Of a stretch of 64,000 bases of DNA, positions 1 through 9,924 are shown piece after piece (position 1 is the stretch's first letter; every line of letters begins with the position of its first letter). Position numbers and translations under genes: made by a program. The notes below the pieces were generated by a model. That model worked only from the letters and a program-made list of their open reading frames with translations, made no database searches and was not told the origin of the DNA. The DNA comes from an uncultured bacterium (GTDB taxonomy: Bacteria; Fidelibacterota; Marinisomatia; SCGC-AAA003-L08; GCA-002704045). The stretch lies in assembly GCA_964345035.1 (NCBI GenBank), contig CAYFPO010000003.1:6800-70799 (forward strand), read 5' to 3'.

Positions 1-1
1 A

Positions 2-181
2 AGTGTTAAACCCGGAATAACAGGTTGGGCACAGGTAGTAGGTTCCTATGATTCAACTATTGAAAATGTAAAGAATAAATTAAAATTGGATTTCTTTTAT
101 ATAGAGAATATTTCTTTAATATTGGATATTAAAATTCTCTTATTGACAATATGGTCAATTTTTAAATTGGAAGGACATTAA
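2..181 (+). CDS. C-terminal fragment of a bacterial sugar transferase (polyprenyl-phosphate glycosyl-1-phosphate transferase family); 5' end lies outside the window
   Basis: Frame-2 translation reads SVKPGITGWAQVVGSYDSTIENVKNKLKLDFFYIENISLILDIKILLLTIWSIFKLEGH*. The KPGITGWAQV and DxxYIxN motifs are typical of the family C-terminus. Stop TAA at 179-181. Confidence 0.8.
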   Translation, partial: SVKPGITGWAQVVGSYDSTIENVKNKLKLDFFYIENISLILDIKILLLTIWSIFKLEGH

Positions 182-1105
182 ATTAGGATATTAGTTACAG
201 GCGGAGCAGGGTTTATCGGATCCCATTTATGTGATCGTTTATTAGATGATGGTCAGGAAGTCCTTTGTTTGGATAATTTATTTACAGGTTCTAAAGATAA
301 TATCAGGCATTTACTAACCCATGATCATTTTGAATTCATTCGCCATGACATAGTAGAACCAGTATTCCTTGAAGTGGACCAAATATATAATTTGGCTTGT
401 CCTGCTAGTCCCATACATTATCAGTACAATCCTGTTAAAACAATTAAAACCTCAGTAATGGGAACGATTAATATGCTGGGATTGGCAAAGCGGGTAAAAG
501 CCAGAATCCTGCAGGCATCCACCAGTGAAATTTACGGCAATCCTGAAATTCATCCTCAGGTTGAATCCTATTGGGGGAATGTCAATACAATTGGTATTCG
601 ATCTTGCTACGATGAAGGGAAAAGATGTGCAGAAACTTTATTTTTTGATTATCACCGTCAAAATAATGTGGATATAAGAGTAGCAAGAATTTTTAATACC
701 TATGGCCCAAGAATGGATAAAAATGATGGCAGGGTGATCAGTAATTTTATTGTCCAGGCATTAAAAGGTGAAGATATTACAATTTATGGTGATGGTTCAC
801 ATACACGGTCATTTTGTTATATTGATGATATGGTCAATGGATTGATCGATCTTATGGATAACTCTAAAACAGGTCCCATCAATTTAGGAAATCCAAATGA
901 ATCATCAATAAGGAAAATTGCTGAACAGATTAAGAATATGTGTAAATCCACTTCAAAAATTACATATTTGAACTTACCGGATGATGATCCGGTACAAAGA
1001 AAACCAGATATACAACTTGCAGAAAATACTCTTAATTGGAACCCCAAGATAACATTGGAGAAAGGACTACAAAAAACTATTACTTATTTTAAAAGTATAT
1101 TATGA
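182..1105 (+). CDS. UDP-glucuronate decarboxylase (UDP-xylose synthase), SDR family. The true start is upstream of the ORF-track start (269), most likely ATT at 182.
   Basis: The region [16 protein letters not shown]...[12 protein letters not shown]...[10 protein letters not shown]...[12 protein letters not shown]...[10 protein letters not shown] closely matches the UXS family. The Rossmann motif [14 protein letters not shown] is encoded in frame at 188-229, before the first canonical start codon. Confidence 0.9.
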   Translation: MRILVTGGAGFIGSHLCDRLLDDGQEVLCLDNLFTGSKDNIRHLLTHDHFEFIRHDIVEPVFLEVDQIYNLACPASPIHYQYNPVKTIKTSVMGTINMLGLAKRVKARILQASTSEIYGNPEIHPQVESYWGNVNTIGIRSCYDEGKRCAETLFFDYHRQNNVDIRVARIFNTYGPRMDKNDGRVISNFIVQALKGEDITIYGDGSHTRSFCYIDDMVNGLIDLMDNSKTGPINLGNPNESSIRKIAEQIKNMCKSTSKITYLNLPDDDPVQRKPDIQLAENTLNWNPKITLEKGLQKTITYFKSIL

Positions 1106-2601
1106 ATAATTTGAGAAAGTTTTATCTGTTCATTTTAATTTCTATGATTTATCCCCAGGGTTTAAATGTTGATGACGGGAAAAGAAATCAGATTAATTCT
1201 GAAATTCTGTCAATTGTTGAATCAAAAATATCTAAAGATATATTTATCCATCCAGTCAGACAGAAAAAATTAGAAAACTCATATTATAATTTTATTCATA
1301 ATATTTCCAACAACTTAAAAGTAGAACCTGTTATGGCGTTTAGATGGAGTAATGGTGGATTTGAAATTGATTCTTTAAATACTCCAACATCAGTCTTTTG
1401 GATTACTCCTGGAGTGAAAATCTCAACTACTATTCCAATTATTAATCCATTTTCAAGTGTTTGGTTATATGCCTGGGGTCGTTTTAATAAGCACTCTGCT
1501 TTTGGATTTAATGGCAATTCAATTGTGGATGACCAAATATTATTTCAATACAACCCTGAATATAGTTCAGAATTTTATGTGAACACCAAAAAACCTGAGA
1601 ATGGTATTGATTTTGATTCCGGTGAGGGTGGAATAGCAATGATGTCACCTGCAATTTCTATTGCTTATGGCAAATTCCGATCAAGTTTAGGACCAATATA
1701 CAGAGGCAATCTAAGTATCTCTAGAGAAATGCCGCCATTTCAGCAATTATTTATGAATATAGATATAGGTAAACATGTAACATTTACCTATTTATTGGGT
1801 TCACTGTATTCAGATATTGCTGATGATGCTTTAACAGAATATTTTGAGACAAATGATACAAATAACAGAGCTCCCGTATTGCCAAGATATGTTGTAAATC
1901 ATAGATTGGATTTTCAACCGATCCCAACCTTAAGAATAGGACTTTATGAGCAAGTAATAATTGGTGCAAGAAGTTTGCCGATGGAGTATTTAAATCCCCT
2001 CGTTCCATTTTGGTCGGTTCAGCATGCACTTGGAGATTTAGATAATGTTCAAATGGGGATTGATTTCGATTGGATATTTCATAAAAATAGAATGTATGGT
2101 TCATTTTTAATGGATGAATGGTCACCTTATAAAAGTTTTGATTCCGATGAAAATCATAACTGGTTTGCCTGGCAGATTGGATATTCCAATTTATTGAAGG
2201 ACAATCTACTGTTAAAATGTGAGTATTCTCATTTAGAACCTCAAATATACGCACACAAATTTGAAATTAATATTCCAGAGCACCATAATTATCCGATAGG
2301 GTTTTGGAGTGATGGAAATTCCGACGACATCTGGGTTGGTATATTTTGGTATAAAGGAAAATTTGTTGGAGAATTATCCTATGAGCAAACTAGATTTAAA
2401 GAAAAAGAATACGGTGAAAATATTCAATTTTTAAACGGGGAGTATAAACTCAGGCAAAAAAATACATTAAAAATTAGAAGAGAAATTTTAAATGGTTTTA
2501 TTTCAGAAATATCAATAGGTTATATTTCCAATGAAATGTTATACAAGGCTAACCAATTTACATATTTAAATTTTTCTCTTCTTTATAACATCCCATTTTA
2601 A
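1102..2601 (+). CDS. Putative outer-membrane beta-barrel protein, possibly capsule-assembly Wzi-like
   Basis: N-terminal signal-like segment, aromatic-rich alternating sequence and a C-terminal ...YNIPF with terminal Phe. It sits directly downstream of polysaccharide genes. The family assignment is an impression only. Confidence 0.35.
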   Translation: MNNLRKFYLFILISMIYPQGLNVDDGKRNQINSEILSIVESKISKDIFIHPVRQKKLENSYYNFIHNISNNLKVEPVMAFRWSNGGFEIDSLNTPTSVFWITPGVKISTTIPIINPFSSVWLYAWGRFNKHSAFGFNGNSIVDDQILFQYNPEYSSEFYVNTKKPENGIDFDSGEGGIAMMSPAISIAYGKFRSSLGPIYRGNLSISREMPPFQQLFMNIDIGKHVTFTYLLGSLYSDIADDALTEYFETNDTNNRAPVLPRYVVNHRLDFQPIPTLRIGLYEQVIIGARSLPMEYLNPLVPFWSVQHALGDLDNVQMGIDFDWIFHKNRMYGSFLMDEWSPYKSFDSDENHNWFAWQIGYSNLLKDNLLLKCEYSHLEPQIYAHKFEINIPEHHNYPIGFWSDGNSDDIWVGIFWYKGKFVGELSYEQTRFKEKEYGENIQFLNGEYKLRQKNTLKIRREILNGFISEISIGYISNEMLYKANQFTYLNFSLLYNIPF

Positions 2602-2643
2602 CCCGTAATTTTACTTTAAATTAACAGGAACTAAATATCAAAC

Positions 2644-3915
2644 ATGTTACCAATTAAATTTATCAGAGAAAATACTGATGCAGTGAAAAATGCATTAACA
2701 GCAAAAAATACGAATGTAGATTTGGATAATATTTTACATCTCGATACAAAACGTAGAGAGATAATACAAAAAGCTGATGTATTAAAATCAAAACGAAATA
2801 CAGTATCTGATAAGATTGCTGAAAAAAAGAAGTTAGGAGAAACTGCTGAAATTGAAATTTCAGAAATGAAAGAAGTGTCAACTTCAATTAAATCACTGGA
2901 TTCAGAATTGAATATTGTGAATAAAGAATTAGATTCATTACTCCTTTATATTCCGAATGTTTATCATGATTCTGTGCCTGTTGGAACTGACCCTAATGAA
3001 AATGTTGTGGTTAGAAAATGGAGTGATAAACCGGATAGTGGATTTAAACTTAAGGATCACCTTGAGATTTGCGACACACATAATCTTTTGGATTTTACAA
3101 GAGGAGCAAAAATGTCCGGTTCCGGATTTCCCCTCTATACAGGATTAGGTGCAAAATTAGAACGTGCTTTAATAAACTTTATGCTGGATTTCCATTTGGA
3201 AAAACATGACTATTCTGAATTAATGCCGCCATTTTTAACAACAAGAAGTGCAACTACCACAACAGGACAACTTCCCAAATTGGAGGAAGATATGTATTAT
3301 ATCCCTGTAGATGAACTCTTCTGTATTCCTACTGCTGAAGTGCCGGTTACCAATATTCACAAAGACGAGATATTATCTGAATCGGATTTACCAAAAAAAT
3401 ATGTTGCATATAGTGCCTGTTTTCGAAGAGAGGCTGGAAGTTATGGAAAAGATACCAGAGGCCTCCTACGCGTACACCAGTTTAATAAAGTGGAATTGGT
3501 TAAATTTGTTAAGCCGGAAGATTCCTATAGAGAATTGGAAACACTCACTGCGGATGCGGAAAAGATTCTTCAGGTTTTAGGCTTACATTATCGTGTGGTA
3601 GAATTATGTAGTGGAGATTTATCTTTTGCTGCAGCAAAATGTTATGATATTGAAGTGTGGGCACCTGGTGAACAAAAGTACCTGGAAGTATCTAGCTGCA
3701 GCAACTTTGAAGACTTTCAAGCACGGCGTGGTAATATACGGTATAGATCAAATAATGACAGAAAGGTGCGTTTTATACATACATTAAACGGTTCGGGTGT
3801 AGCTACTCCTCGATTAATGGTAGCCTTACTTGAAACTTATCAACAAAAAGATGGATCTATATTAATCCCGGAACCCCTGCAAAAATATATGGGAATGACA
3901 AAAATCTCTCAATAA
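2644..3915 (+). CDS. serS: Seryl-tRNA synthetase
   Basis: N-terminal coiled-coil arm followed by a class II core (FRREAGSYGKDTRGLLRVHQF, GSGVATPR). Confidence 0.95.
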   Translation: MLPIKFIRENTDAVKNALTAKNTNVDLDNILHLDTKRREIIQKADVLKSKRNTVSDKIAEKKKLGETAEIEISEMKEVSTSIKSLDSELNIVNKELDSLLLYIPNVYHDSVPVGTDPNENVVVRKWSDKPDSGFKLKDHLEICDTHNLLDFTRGAKMSGSGFPLYTGLGAKLERALINFMLDFHLEKHDYSELMPPFLTTRSATTTTGQLPKLEEDMYYIPVDELFCIPTAEVPVTNIHKDEILSESDLPKKYVAYSACFRREAGSYGKDTRGLLRVHQFNKVELVKFVKPEDSYRELETLTADAEKILQVLGLHYRVVELCSGDLSFAAAKCYDIEVWAPGEQKYLEVSSCSNFEDFQARRGNIRYRSNNDRKVRFIHTLNGSGVATPRLMVALLETYQQKDGSILIPEPLQKYMGMTKISQ

Positions 3916-3928
3916 TTATTACTTTTAT

Positions 3929-4834
3929 TCATCTATTACTAAATAGGTTCTTTAAAACATATCCTGCAATATTGGGATTTTCTTTCAATCTTCTGAGAGA
4001 GTAGTTATACCAGTCTGGTCCAAAAGGAACATAAATACGCACTTTATAAGAGTTTGCCAAATGTTTTTCCAACCAACCTGCCATAGGGACACCATACAAT
4101 ACCTGGAACTCAAACTGATCAGAAGAAATCTTCATTTCTTTAATTAGTTGATAAATCCTAGTTAACAGATTCAAATCGTGTGTTGCAATTCCTATATATG
4201 CGTTTTTTTCAAAACCAATTCTTAATAGCTCCAGAAAATTATCATTTATTTTATTTCGGGATTGAATTGCAATTTCAGGTGGTTCCTTATAAATTCCCTT
4301 GCAAAGTCTAAAATTAACAGGATTTAAATCGAGCTTTATGATATCCTCTCTTGTCCTATGAAGGTAGCTCTGAAATACTGTACCTACATTTGGATATTGT
4401 ATATAGCATTTTTTATATAACTGTAATGTTGTGTCGGTGGTTGATGAATCTTCCATATCAATTCGGAGGAAGTTTTGCGTTTTCTTTGCTACATTTAATA
4501 ATGTTAATAAATTATCTAAGCAGAACTCCTCAGAAATATCTAATCCAATATGAGATGGTTTCAATGAAATATTGCAATCTAATTTAATATCGGTAATATT
4601 TTGGTAAATATGTGAATATTGGTTTGTGATATCAACAGCTTTAATTTTTGATTGTGTATGCTCACCAAGAATATCCAACGTAACAGAAAATCCCTTATCA
4701 TTTAATTCCTTTGTTTTTGTCAATGCATCTTCAATACTTTCTCCGGCCACATATCGGCCTGCAAATTTATAAACCAATTTCGGTGGAATCAGTTCTGTTG
4801 CTTTTAAAATTACTTTATTAAAAATTGACTTCAT
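3929..4834 (-). CDS. Proline dehydrogenase (monofunctional PRODH family)
   Basis: 301 aa with family-typical segments FAGRYVAGES, LDILGE, RIDMEDS, QSYLHRT, RLCKGIY, IATHD and FQVLYGV. Confidence 0.8.
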   Translation of the reverse strand: MKSIFNKVILKATELIPPKLVYKFAGRYVAGESIEDALTKTKELNDKGFSVTLDILGEHTQSKIKAVDITNQYSHIYQNITDIKLDCNISLKPSHIGLDISEEFCLDNLLTLLNVAKKTQNFLRIDMEDSSTTDTTLQLYKKCYIQYPNVGTVFQSYLHRTREDIIKLDLNPVNFRLCKGIYKEPPEIAIQSRNKINDNFLELLRIGFEKNAYIGIATHDLNLLTRIYQLIKEMKISSDQFEFQVLYGVPMAGWLEKHLANSYKVRIYVPFGPDWYNYSLRRLKENPNIAGYVLKNLFSNR

Positions 4835-4927
4835 TTTGTAATTAAAATTTAACCGGTTTCATTTTACCATCATATAATAGAAAAAAACATAAATTATTAA
4901 AAAATAAAGTCTCATACTCCTTGCAAT

Positions 4928-5395
4928 GTGAAAAAATATCTCAATAAATTTTGGGCTGAGATAAATAAAAAATCTGTGTATCAAGATTATTCACCAATTA
5001 TAATACTTACTGCACTTTCTGTGGTTTTAGTCATAATTCCGTTAATTTTACAAAGTCTGCTGTCTCCAAAACAGAATAAGACTGAGGAGAAATTACGTGC
5101 TTATGAATGTGGAGAAATCCCAGAAGGGACTGCCTGGTTAAAGTTTAATATCAGGTTTTATACAATTGCACTTATTTTTCTCATATTTGATGTTGAAATT
5201 GTTTTTTTATATCCTTGGGCAGTTGTCTATCAAGACCTGGGTTTACTTGCTTTCATTGAAGTTATGATATTTTTATTTATTTTAATTGTAGGTTTTGCCT
5301 ATGTCTGGATTAAGGACGATTTGTCTTGGGTGAAAATGTCTCTAAAGTACGGTAGAGGCAGATATGCAAAATTACAGAGGGAGGAATCAGTATAA
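4928..5395 (+). CDS. nuoA: NADH-quinone oxidoreductase subunit A
   Basis: YECGE...[23 protein letters not shown] motif and three TM segments. The start is uncertain; an in-frame GTG at 4976 is an alternative. Confidence 0.85.
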   Translation: MKKYLNKFWAEINKKSVYQDYSPIIILTALSVVLVIIPLILQSLLSPKQNKTEEKLRAYECGEIPEGTAWLKFNIRFYTIALIFLIFDVEIVFLYPWAVVYQDLGLLAFIEVMIFLFILIVGFAYVWIKDDLSWVKMSLKYGRGRYAKLQREESV

Positions 5396-5439
5396 CGGAA
5401 AGAACTCTTGTTGAAAGGTTCCAGGAAGATAATGTCATA

Positions 5440-5916
5440 GTGGAACAATTTGATAATCTAATCAATTGGGCTCGGTCCGGATCACCTTGGTATTTTCAAT
5501 TTGGTCTTGCGTGTTGTGCTATTGAAATGATGGCTGCTGCCGCTCCAAGGCATGACCTTGAACGATTTGGTGCAATGCCAAGGGCCACCCCCAGGCAGGC
5601 TGATGTGATGATAGTTGCCGGAACCGTAACACTAAAAATGGCAAGCCGTGTAAGAAGGTTGTGGGAGCAAATGGCTGAACCTCGTTATGTAATTTCAATG
5701 GGAAGCTGTGCAAATAGTGGTGGACCATATTGGCAGCATGGATATCATGTTTTAAAAGGTGTAGATCAAGTTGTTCCAGTCGATGTATATGTTCCTGGCT
5801 GTCCACCTAGACCGGAAGCACTTTTAGAAGGACTCATAGAACTGCAGAACAAAATTCGTGAAGAAACGCCGTTAAGAAAATCAAATAATTTATCCGAAAA
5901 TATTGAAAGTAAATGA
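5440..5916 (+). CDS. nuoB: NADH-quinone oxidoreductase subunit B. The start may be upstream at ATA 5392 (see findings).
   Basis: [34 protein letters not shown] and GCPPRPE (N2 cluster ligands). Confidence 0.95.
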   Translation: MEQFDNLINWARSGSPWYFQFGLACCAIEMMAAAAPRHDLERFGAMPRATPRQADVMIVAGTVTLKMASRVRRLWEQMAEPRYVISMGSCANSGGPYWQHGYHVLKGVDQVVPVDVYVPGCPPRPEALLEGLIELQNKIREETPLRKSNNLSENIESK

Positions 5917-6395
5917 ATTTTAATCAAATAAAAGATGTTATTAATACCAGATGTCCAGATTCAATTTCAATTGCTGAAGATAAAGAAGTATTGTTTGTAA
6001 AATCTGATGATTGGTCTGAAGTTGCTGATGTATTATTTAATGACGCAGATCTTACTTTTGATGTATTACTCAGTATAACCGGTTACGATACAGAATTTTC
6101 AATAGGTGCAGCATATAATTTCTTTTCAATGGATAAGCGTCATTATATTGAAATCAGAATTGAAGTTGACAGAGATAATTCAATTATTCCATCAGTAACA
6201 AAAATCTGGAGAGCTGCTGATTGGCACGAAAGAGAAACCTATGATCTATTTGGAATAAAATTTGAAGATCATCCAGATTTGCGTAGAATTTTACTCCCAT
6301 CGGATTGGGAAGGGTATCCACTGAGAAAAGATTTTAAAGAGCCAGAATTTTATAACGGTGTACCTGTACCAAAAGATAAATCATATTGGGAATGA
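5913..6395 (+). CDS. nuoC: NADH-quinone oxidoreductase subunit C
   Basis: [30 protein letters not shown] motif. ATGA overlap with the nuoB stop. Confidence 0.9.
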   Translation: MNFNQIKDVINTRCPDSISIAEDKEVLFVKSDDWSEVADVLFNDADLTFDVLLSITGYDTEFSIGAAYNFFSMDKRHYIEIRIEVDRDNSIIPSVTKIWRAADWHERETYDLFGIKFEDHPDLRRILLPSDWEGYPLRKDFKEPEFYNGVPVPKDKSYWE

Positions 6396-7543
6396 ATATC
6401 ACCAAACAAACTCATGATTTAGATTTATCTGCATTGAAGGCAGAAGAAATGGTGCTGAATATGGGACCGCAGCATCCCAGCACACATGGCGTATTACGGC
6501 TAAAAGTATATACGGATGGTGAGATTGTCAGCTATATAGAACCACATTTAGGATATCTGCACAGGTGTTTCGAAAAACATTGTGAAAACCTGACTTACGA
6601 ACAATGCATTCCATTTACAGATCGTTGTGATTATCTCGCATCCATGCATATGAATCACGGTTTTGCACTTGCAGTTGAAAAACTTCTGGATATTGAATTG
6701 CCTGAGCGAGTTGAATATATTCGTGTGATTATTTCTGAGCTTCAAAGAATTGCAAGTCATTTAATGGCAATTGGTACATTTGGACTGGATGTTGGAGCGA
6801 TTACTCCATTCACCTGGACTTTCAGAGACAGGGAAAGAATACTGGATCTATTTGAAACTTTATGTGGAGCCCGCTTGCTATATAATTATATCTGGGTCGG
6901 AGGATTATCTCATGACCTCCCTCCAAATTTTATCGAAAAAACTATTGAATTTTTGGATTATTTTGAATCTCAGATTCCTGAATATAATCAAATCCTTACA
7001 GGGAATAAAATTTTTATCGAAAGAACTGCTGATGTAGGCCCTCTAACTTCGGAGGTAGCTTTGAACTATGGAGTGTCCGGACCAAACTTACGTGCTTCCG
7101 GTGTCAAATGGGATTTAAGAATTGATGAACCTTATTCAATATATAACAGGTTTGATTTTGATATACCTGTAGGTGAAGGAAAAATGGGAACAGTCGGTGA
7201 TTGTTGGGATCGTTATTATGTTCGTATTCTAGAATTAACCGAATGTATTAAAATAATCAGACAGGCAATTGAAAATTTACCGGAAGGTGATGTTCATGAA
7301 GCCCGACCCAAAAAGGTAAGACCCAAAGAGGGAGAAATTTACAGTAGATATGAAACTGCCAGAGGCGATCTGGGCTTTTATATCATTAGCGATGGAAAAC
7401 CCATCCCCAAAAGAGTTAAAATGCGGTCACCCTGTTTTTGCAATTTGTCAGTTTTAAATGAAATTTCACATGGTTGGATGGTTTCAGATATAATTACCAT
7501 ACTAGGTAGCCTTGACATTGTTTTGGGAGAAATAGACAGATGA
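6392..7543 (+). CDS. nuoD: NADH-quinone oxidoreductase subunit D
   Basis: LNMGPQHPSTHGVLRL and GFYIISDG...RSPCFCNL motifs. ATG 6392 forms an ATGA overlap with the nuoC stop; the ORF track uses TTG 6386. Confidence 0.95.
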   Translation: MNITKQTHDLDLSALKAEEMVLNMGPQHPSTHGVLRLKVYTDGEIVSYIEPHLGYLHRCFEKHCENLTYEQCIPFTDRCDYLASMHMNHGFALAVEKLLDIELPERVEYIRVIISELQRIASHLMAIGTFGLDVGAITPFTWTFRDRERILDLFETLCGARLLYNYIWVGGLSHDLPPNFIEKTIEFLDYFESQIPEYNQILTGNKIFIERTADVGPLTSEVALNYGVSGPNLRASGVKWDLRIDEPYSIYNRFDFDIPVGEGKMGTVGDCWDRYYVRILELTECIKIIRQAIENLPEGDVHEARPKKVRPKEGEIYSRYETARGDLGFYIISDGKPIPKRVKMRSPCFCNLSVLNEISHGWMVSDIITILGSLDIVLGEIDR

Positions 7544-8679
7544 ACTCTCTCACTTCCAATTTAATGACCAAATTACTTGAGATATTACCTCAATTCAGTT
7601 GGGAATTGGTATTCATACTGGTTGTTTTAATTCCTGGAACAGTTGTTTTCTTATTGATGGCAATAAATGCTATGGTAGCAGTATATTTTGAAAGAAAAGT
7701 ATCTGCCTTTATGCAGGACCGGCTTGGTCCAATGGAAGTTGGCATTTTTGGATTTAAAGGAGGTAAAAAGTTCTGGGGTGGAATTGGACAAACCATTGCA
7801 GACGCTGTTAAATTACTCGTAAAAGAAGATACTATTCCTGCTGATGCAGACAATAAGTTAATGATCCTTGCACCATTTATCATTTTTACAGCAGCTTTTC
7901 TAACATTTATTGGTGTTCCATTTTCTGATGGAGTAGTTATTTCAGATTTTAATATTGGGATTCTCTATGTTCTCGCAATGGGTTCCGTTGGTGTAGTAGG
8001 AATAATTATTGCTGGATGGAGTTCAAATAATAAATGGTCCTTATATGGTGCGATGAGATCAGCAGCACAGATAATCAGTTATGAAATACCTGCAGGATTA
8101 ACAGTGCTCTTAGCCGTTTTAATTGCTGGGAGTTTAAACCTCGGTGAAATTGTGAATTGGCAGTCAGAAAACAGATGGCTGATTATACATAGTCCGTTTA
8201 CATTTATCGGATTTTTCATATTTTTTATATCGGCATTGGCAGAAACAAACCGTGCTCCATTTGATATCCCGGAAGCGGAATCTGAATTGGTTGCTGGTTG
8301 GATGACTGAATATTCTGGATTTAGGTGGGCACTGTTTTTCCTGAGTGAATATGCACATATGTTAATTATCAGTATCATTGCATCCATATTATTTTTAGGT
8401 GGGTGGCTTTCACCTATACATTTATTAACATCCACTATTGATACAATATCATTTGGATACCTGAATATCACGTCAACATTAACTTTTTTTGATGGTACTT
8501 TTTGGGGCATTATTTGGATATTTTTAAAGGCAGCATTGTTGATATTTTTAATGATGTGGGTGAGATGGACATTTCCCAGATTGAGAGTTGACCAGCTTAT
8601 GTATATCTGCTGGAAAGTATTAATTCCCTTTGCAATGGTGAATTTAATTTCAGTGAGTATTTGGGAGCTAATTTTTTAA
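7540..8679 (+). CDS. nuoH: NADH-quinone oxidoreductase subunit H
   Basis: ERKVSAFMQDRLGP, ETNRAPFDIPEAESELVAG and EYSGFRWALFFLSEY motifs. Follows nuoD directly, with no nuoEFG between them. Confidence 0.95.
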   Translation: MNSLTSNLMTKLLEILPQFSWELVFILVVLIPGTVVFLLMAINAMVAVYFERKVSAFMQDRLGPMEVGIFGFKGGKKFWGGIGQTIADAVKLLVKEDTIPADADNKLMILAPFIIFTAAFLTFIGVPFSDGVVISDFNIGILYVLAMGSVGVVGIIIAGWSSNNKWSLYGAMRSAAQIISYEIPAGLTVLLAVLIAGSLNLGEIVNWQSENRWLIIHSPFTFIGFFIFFISALAETNRAPFDIPEAESELVAGWMTEYSGFRWALFFLSEYAHMLIISIIASILFLGGWLSPIHLLTSTIDTISFGYLNITSTLTFFDGTFWGIIWIFLKAALLIFLMMWVRWTFPRLRVDQLMYICWKVLIPFAMVNLISVSIWELIF

Positions 8680-8688
8680 CAGGAATTT

Positions 8689-9921
8689 ATGCAGGAATAT
8701 TTACATAATATATATAACGGTATTAAAACTCTAATTTCAGGGATGAATATCTCTTATCATCACTTTAATAAAAGAAAAGAACTAAACGCTACATTACAGT
8801 ATCCGCACGAAAAATGGCCAATCCCTGATAGAAATATTGGACATGATAATAGTGAATATAACCTGATCCGGTCCCGTTTACAGGTTGATATTGATGATTG
8901 TATTGGATGTCTTCAATGTGAGAGAGCTTGCCCTGTAGATTGTATAAAGATTGATGTGGTAAAACCACCAAAAGGATCTGATTATGACTGCGGAATGACT
9001 ATCAATGATACACAAAAGAAAATGATAGTACCTAGATTTTCCATAGATATGTCAGAGTGTTGTTACTGTAATCTCTGTGTATATCCATGCCCTGAAGAAT
9101 GTATTTATATGGTTGGCGGACCAAATTCTGAAAGACATGAGATAGATTATGAATTTAGTCAAAGAGAACGGAACTATCTGATCTACGAATTTGGCGTGGC
9201 TACAGATGAAGAAATTATCGAAGCGGGTGGTGAAGGATATATTGAAAAACGTGAGAAAGTTAAAGAAAAGAAGGATAGTGCGAATAGAGTAAGTGAGATT
9301 GAACAATTATCTAAAGAATCTGACGATACTGACAAAGTTGAAAAAGAAGTTGAAAAGAAATCTAAGCCTACTGGACCTAAGCCAAATTTTGGACCTATTG
9401 ACGAGATAGACGATAAACCAACACGGGGATTGGCGAAACGTGCTTTTATGAGGGCAATTAGACAGAATCAGACTCCTGAAAAAGCAGCTGAAATGATAAA
9501 GACAGACTTAGATAATTTCAAGAAATACAAACCTGATTTTGATAATTTAATGGAAATGATTGCATCTCAACCCTTAATGGATAATCCGGATGCAGGAGAG
9601 CCTGAAGCGCAAAATGAATCGGTTAAAGATGTTGATGTACAATCTACTTCTACAATTGAGGAATCCACTGAAATGGGAACTGGTTCAGAAGAAAAGGAGT
9701 CTGCCCAAGATACCACAAAGCCAATAAAACTTGATATTAAGATGTTGAATGATATTTCTGATCGTGTTACTAGAGGTATTGCAAAGAAAACATTCGTTGG
9801 CTCGGAAAGAGCAGGTAAATCACCAAACGAAATTGCTGATGATATTAAAAATGTGCTTGAAAGCCAAGGCAAATTTAATGATGAGGTTGAATCGGTTTTA
9901 AAAAAAATAAGGGAGAATTAA
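8689..9921 (+). CDS. nuoI: NADH-quinone oxidoreductase subunit I with an unusually long C-terminal extension of about 235 aa
   Basis: Two 4Fe-4S motifs (CIGCLQCERACP and CCYCNLCVYPCP) lie in the first ~140 aa. The remainder is a charged region that contains two related modules of ~50 aa. Confidence 0.9.
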   Translation: MQEYLHNIYNGIKTLISGMNISYHHFNKRKELNATLQYPHEKWPIPDRNIGHDNSEYNLIRSRLQVDIDDCIGCLQCERACPVDCIKIDVVKPPKGSDYDCGMTINDTQKKMIVPRFSIDMSECCYCNLCVYPCPEECIYMVGGPNSERHEIDYEFSQRERNYLIYEFGVATDEEIIEAGGEGYIEKREKVKEKKDSANRVSEIEQLSKESDDTDKVEKEVEKKSKPTGPKPNFGPIDEIDDKPTRGLAKRAFMRAIRQNQTPEKAAEMIKTDLDNFKKYKPDFDNLMEMIASQPLMDNPDAGEPEAQNESVKDVDVQSTSTIEESTEMGTGSEEKESAQDTTKPIKLDIKMLNDISDRVTRGIAKKTFVGSERAGKSPNEIADDIKNVLESQGKFNDEVESVLKKIREN

Positions 9922-9924
9922 TTA

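Noticed and set aside
179-184. The in-frame TAA between the sugar transferase fragment and UXS could indicate stop-codon readthrough, stop-codon recoding or a fused bifunctional protein.
   Set aside because: TAA terminates many clearly complete genes in this window, so it is not reassigned. The two enzymes are normally separate polypeptides. The MBL hydrolase shows the same missing-start phenomenon while sitting in a different frame from its upstream gene. Reinitiation at AUU is the simpler explanation.
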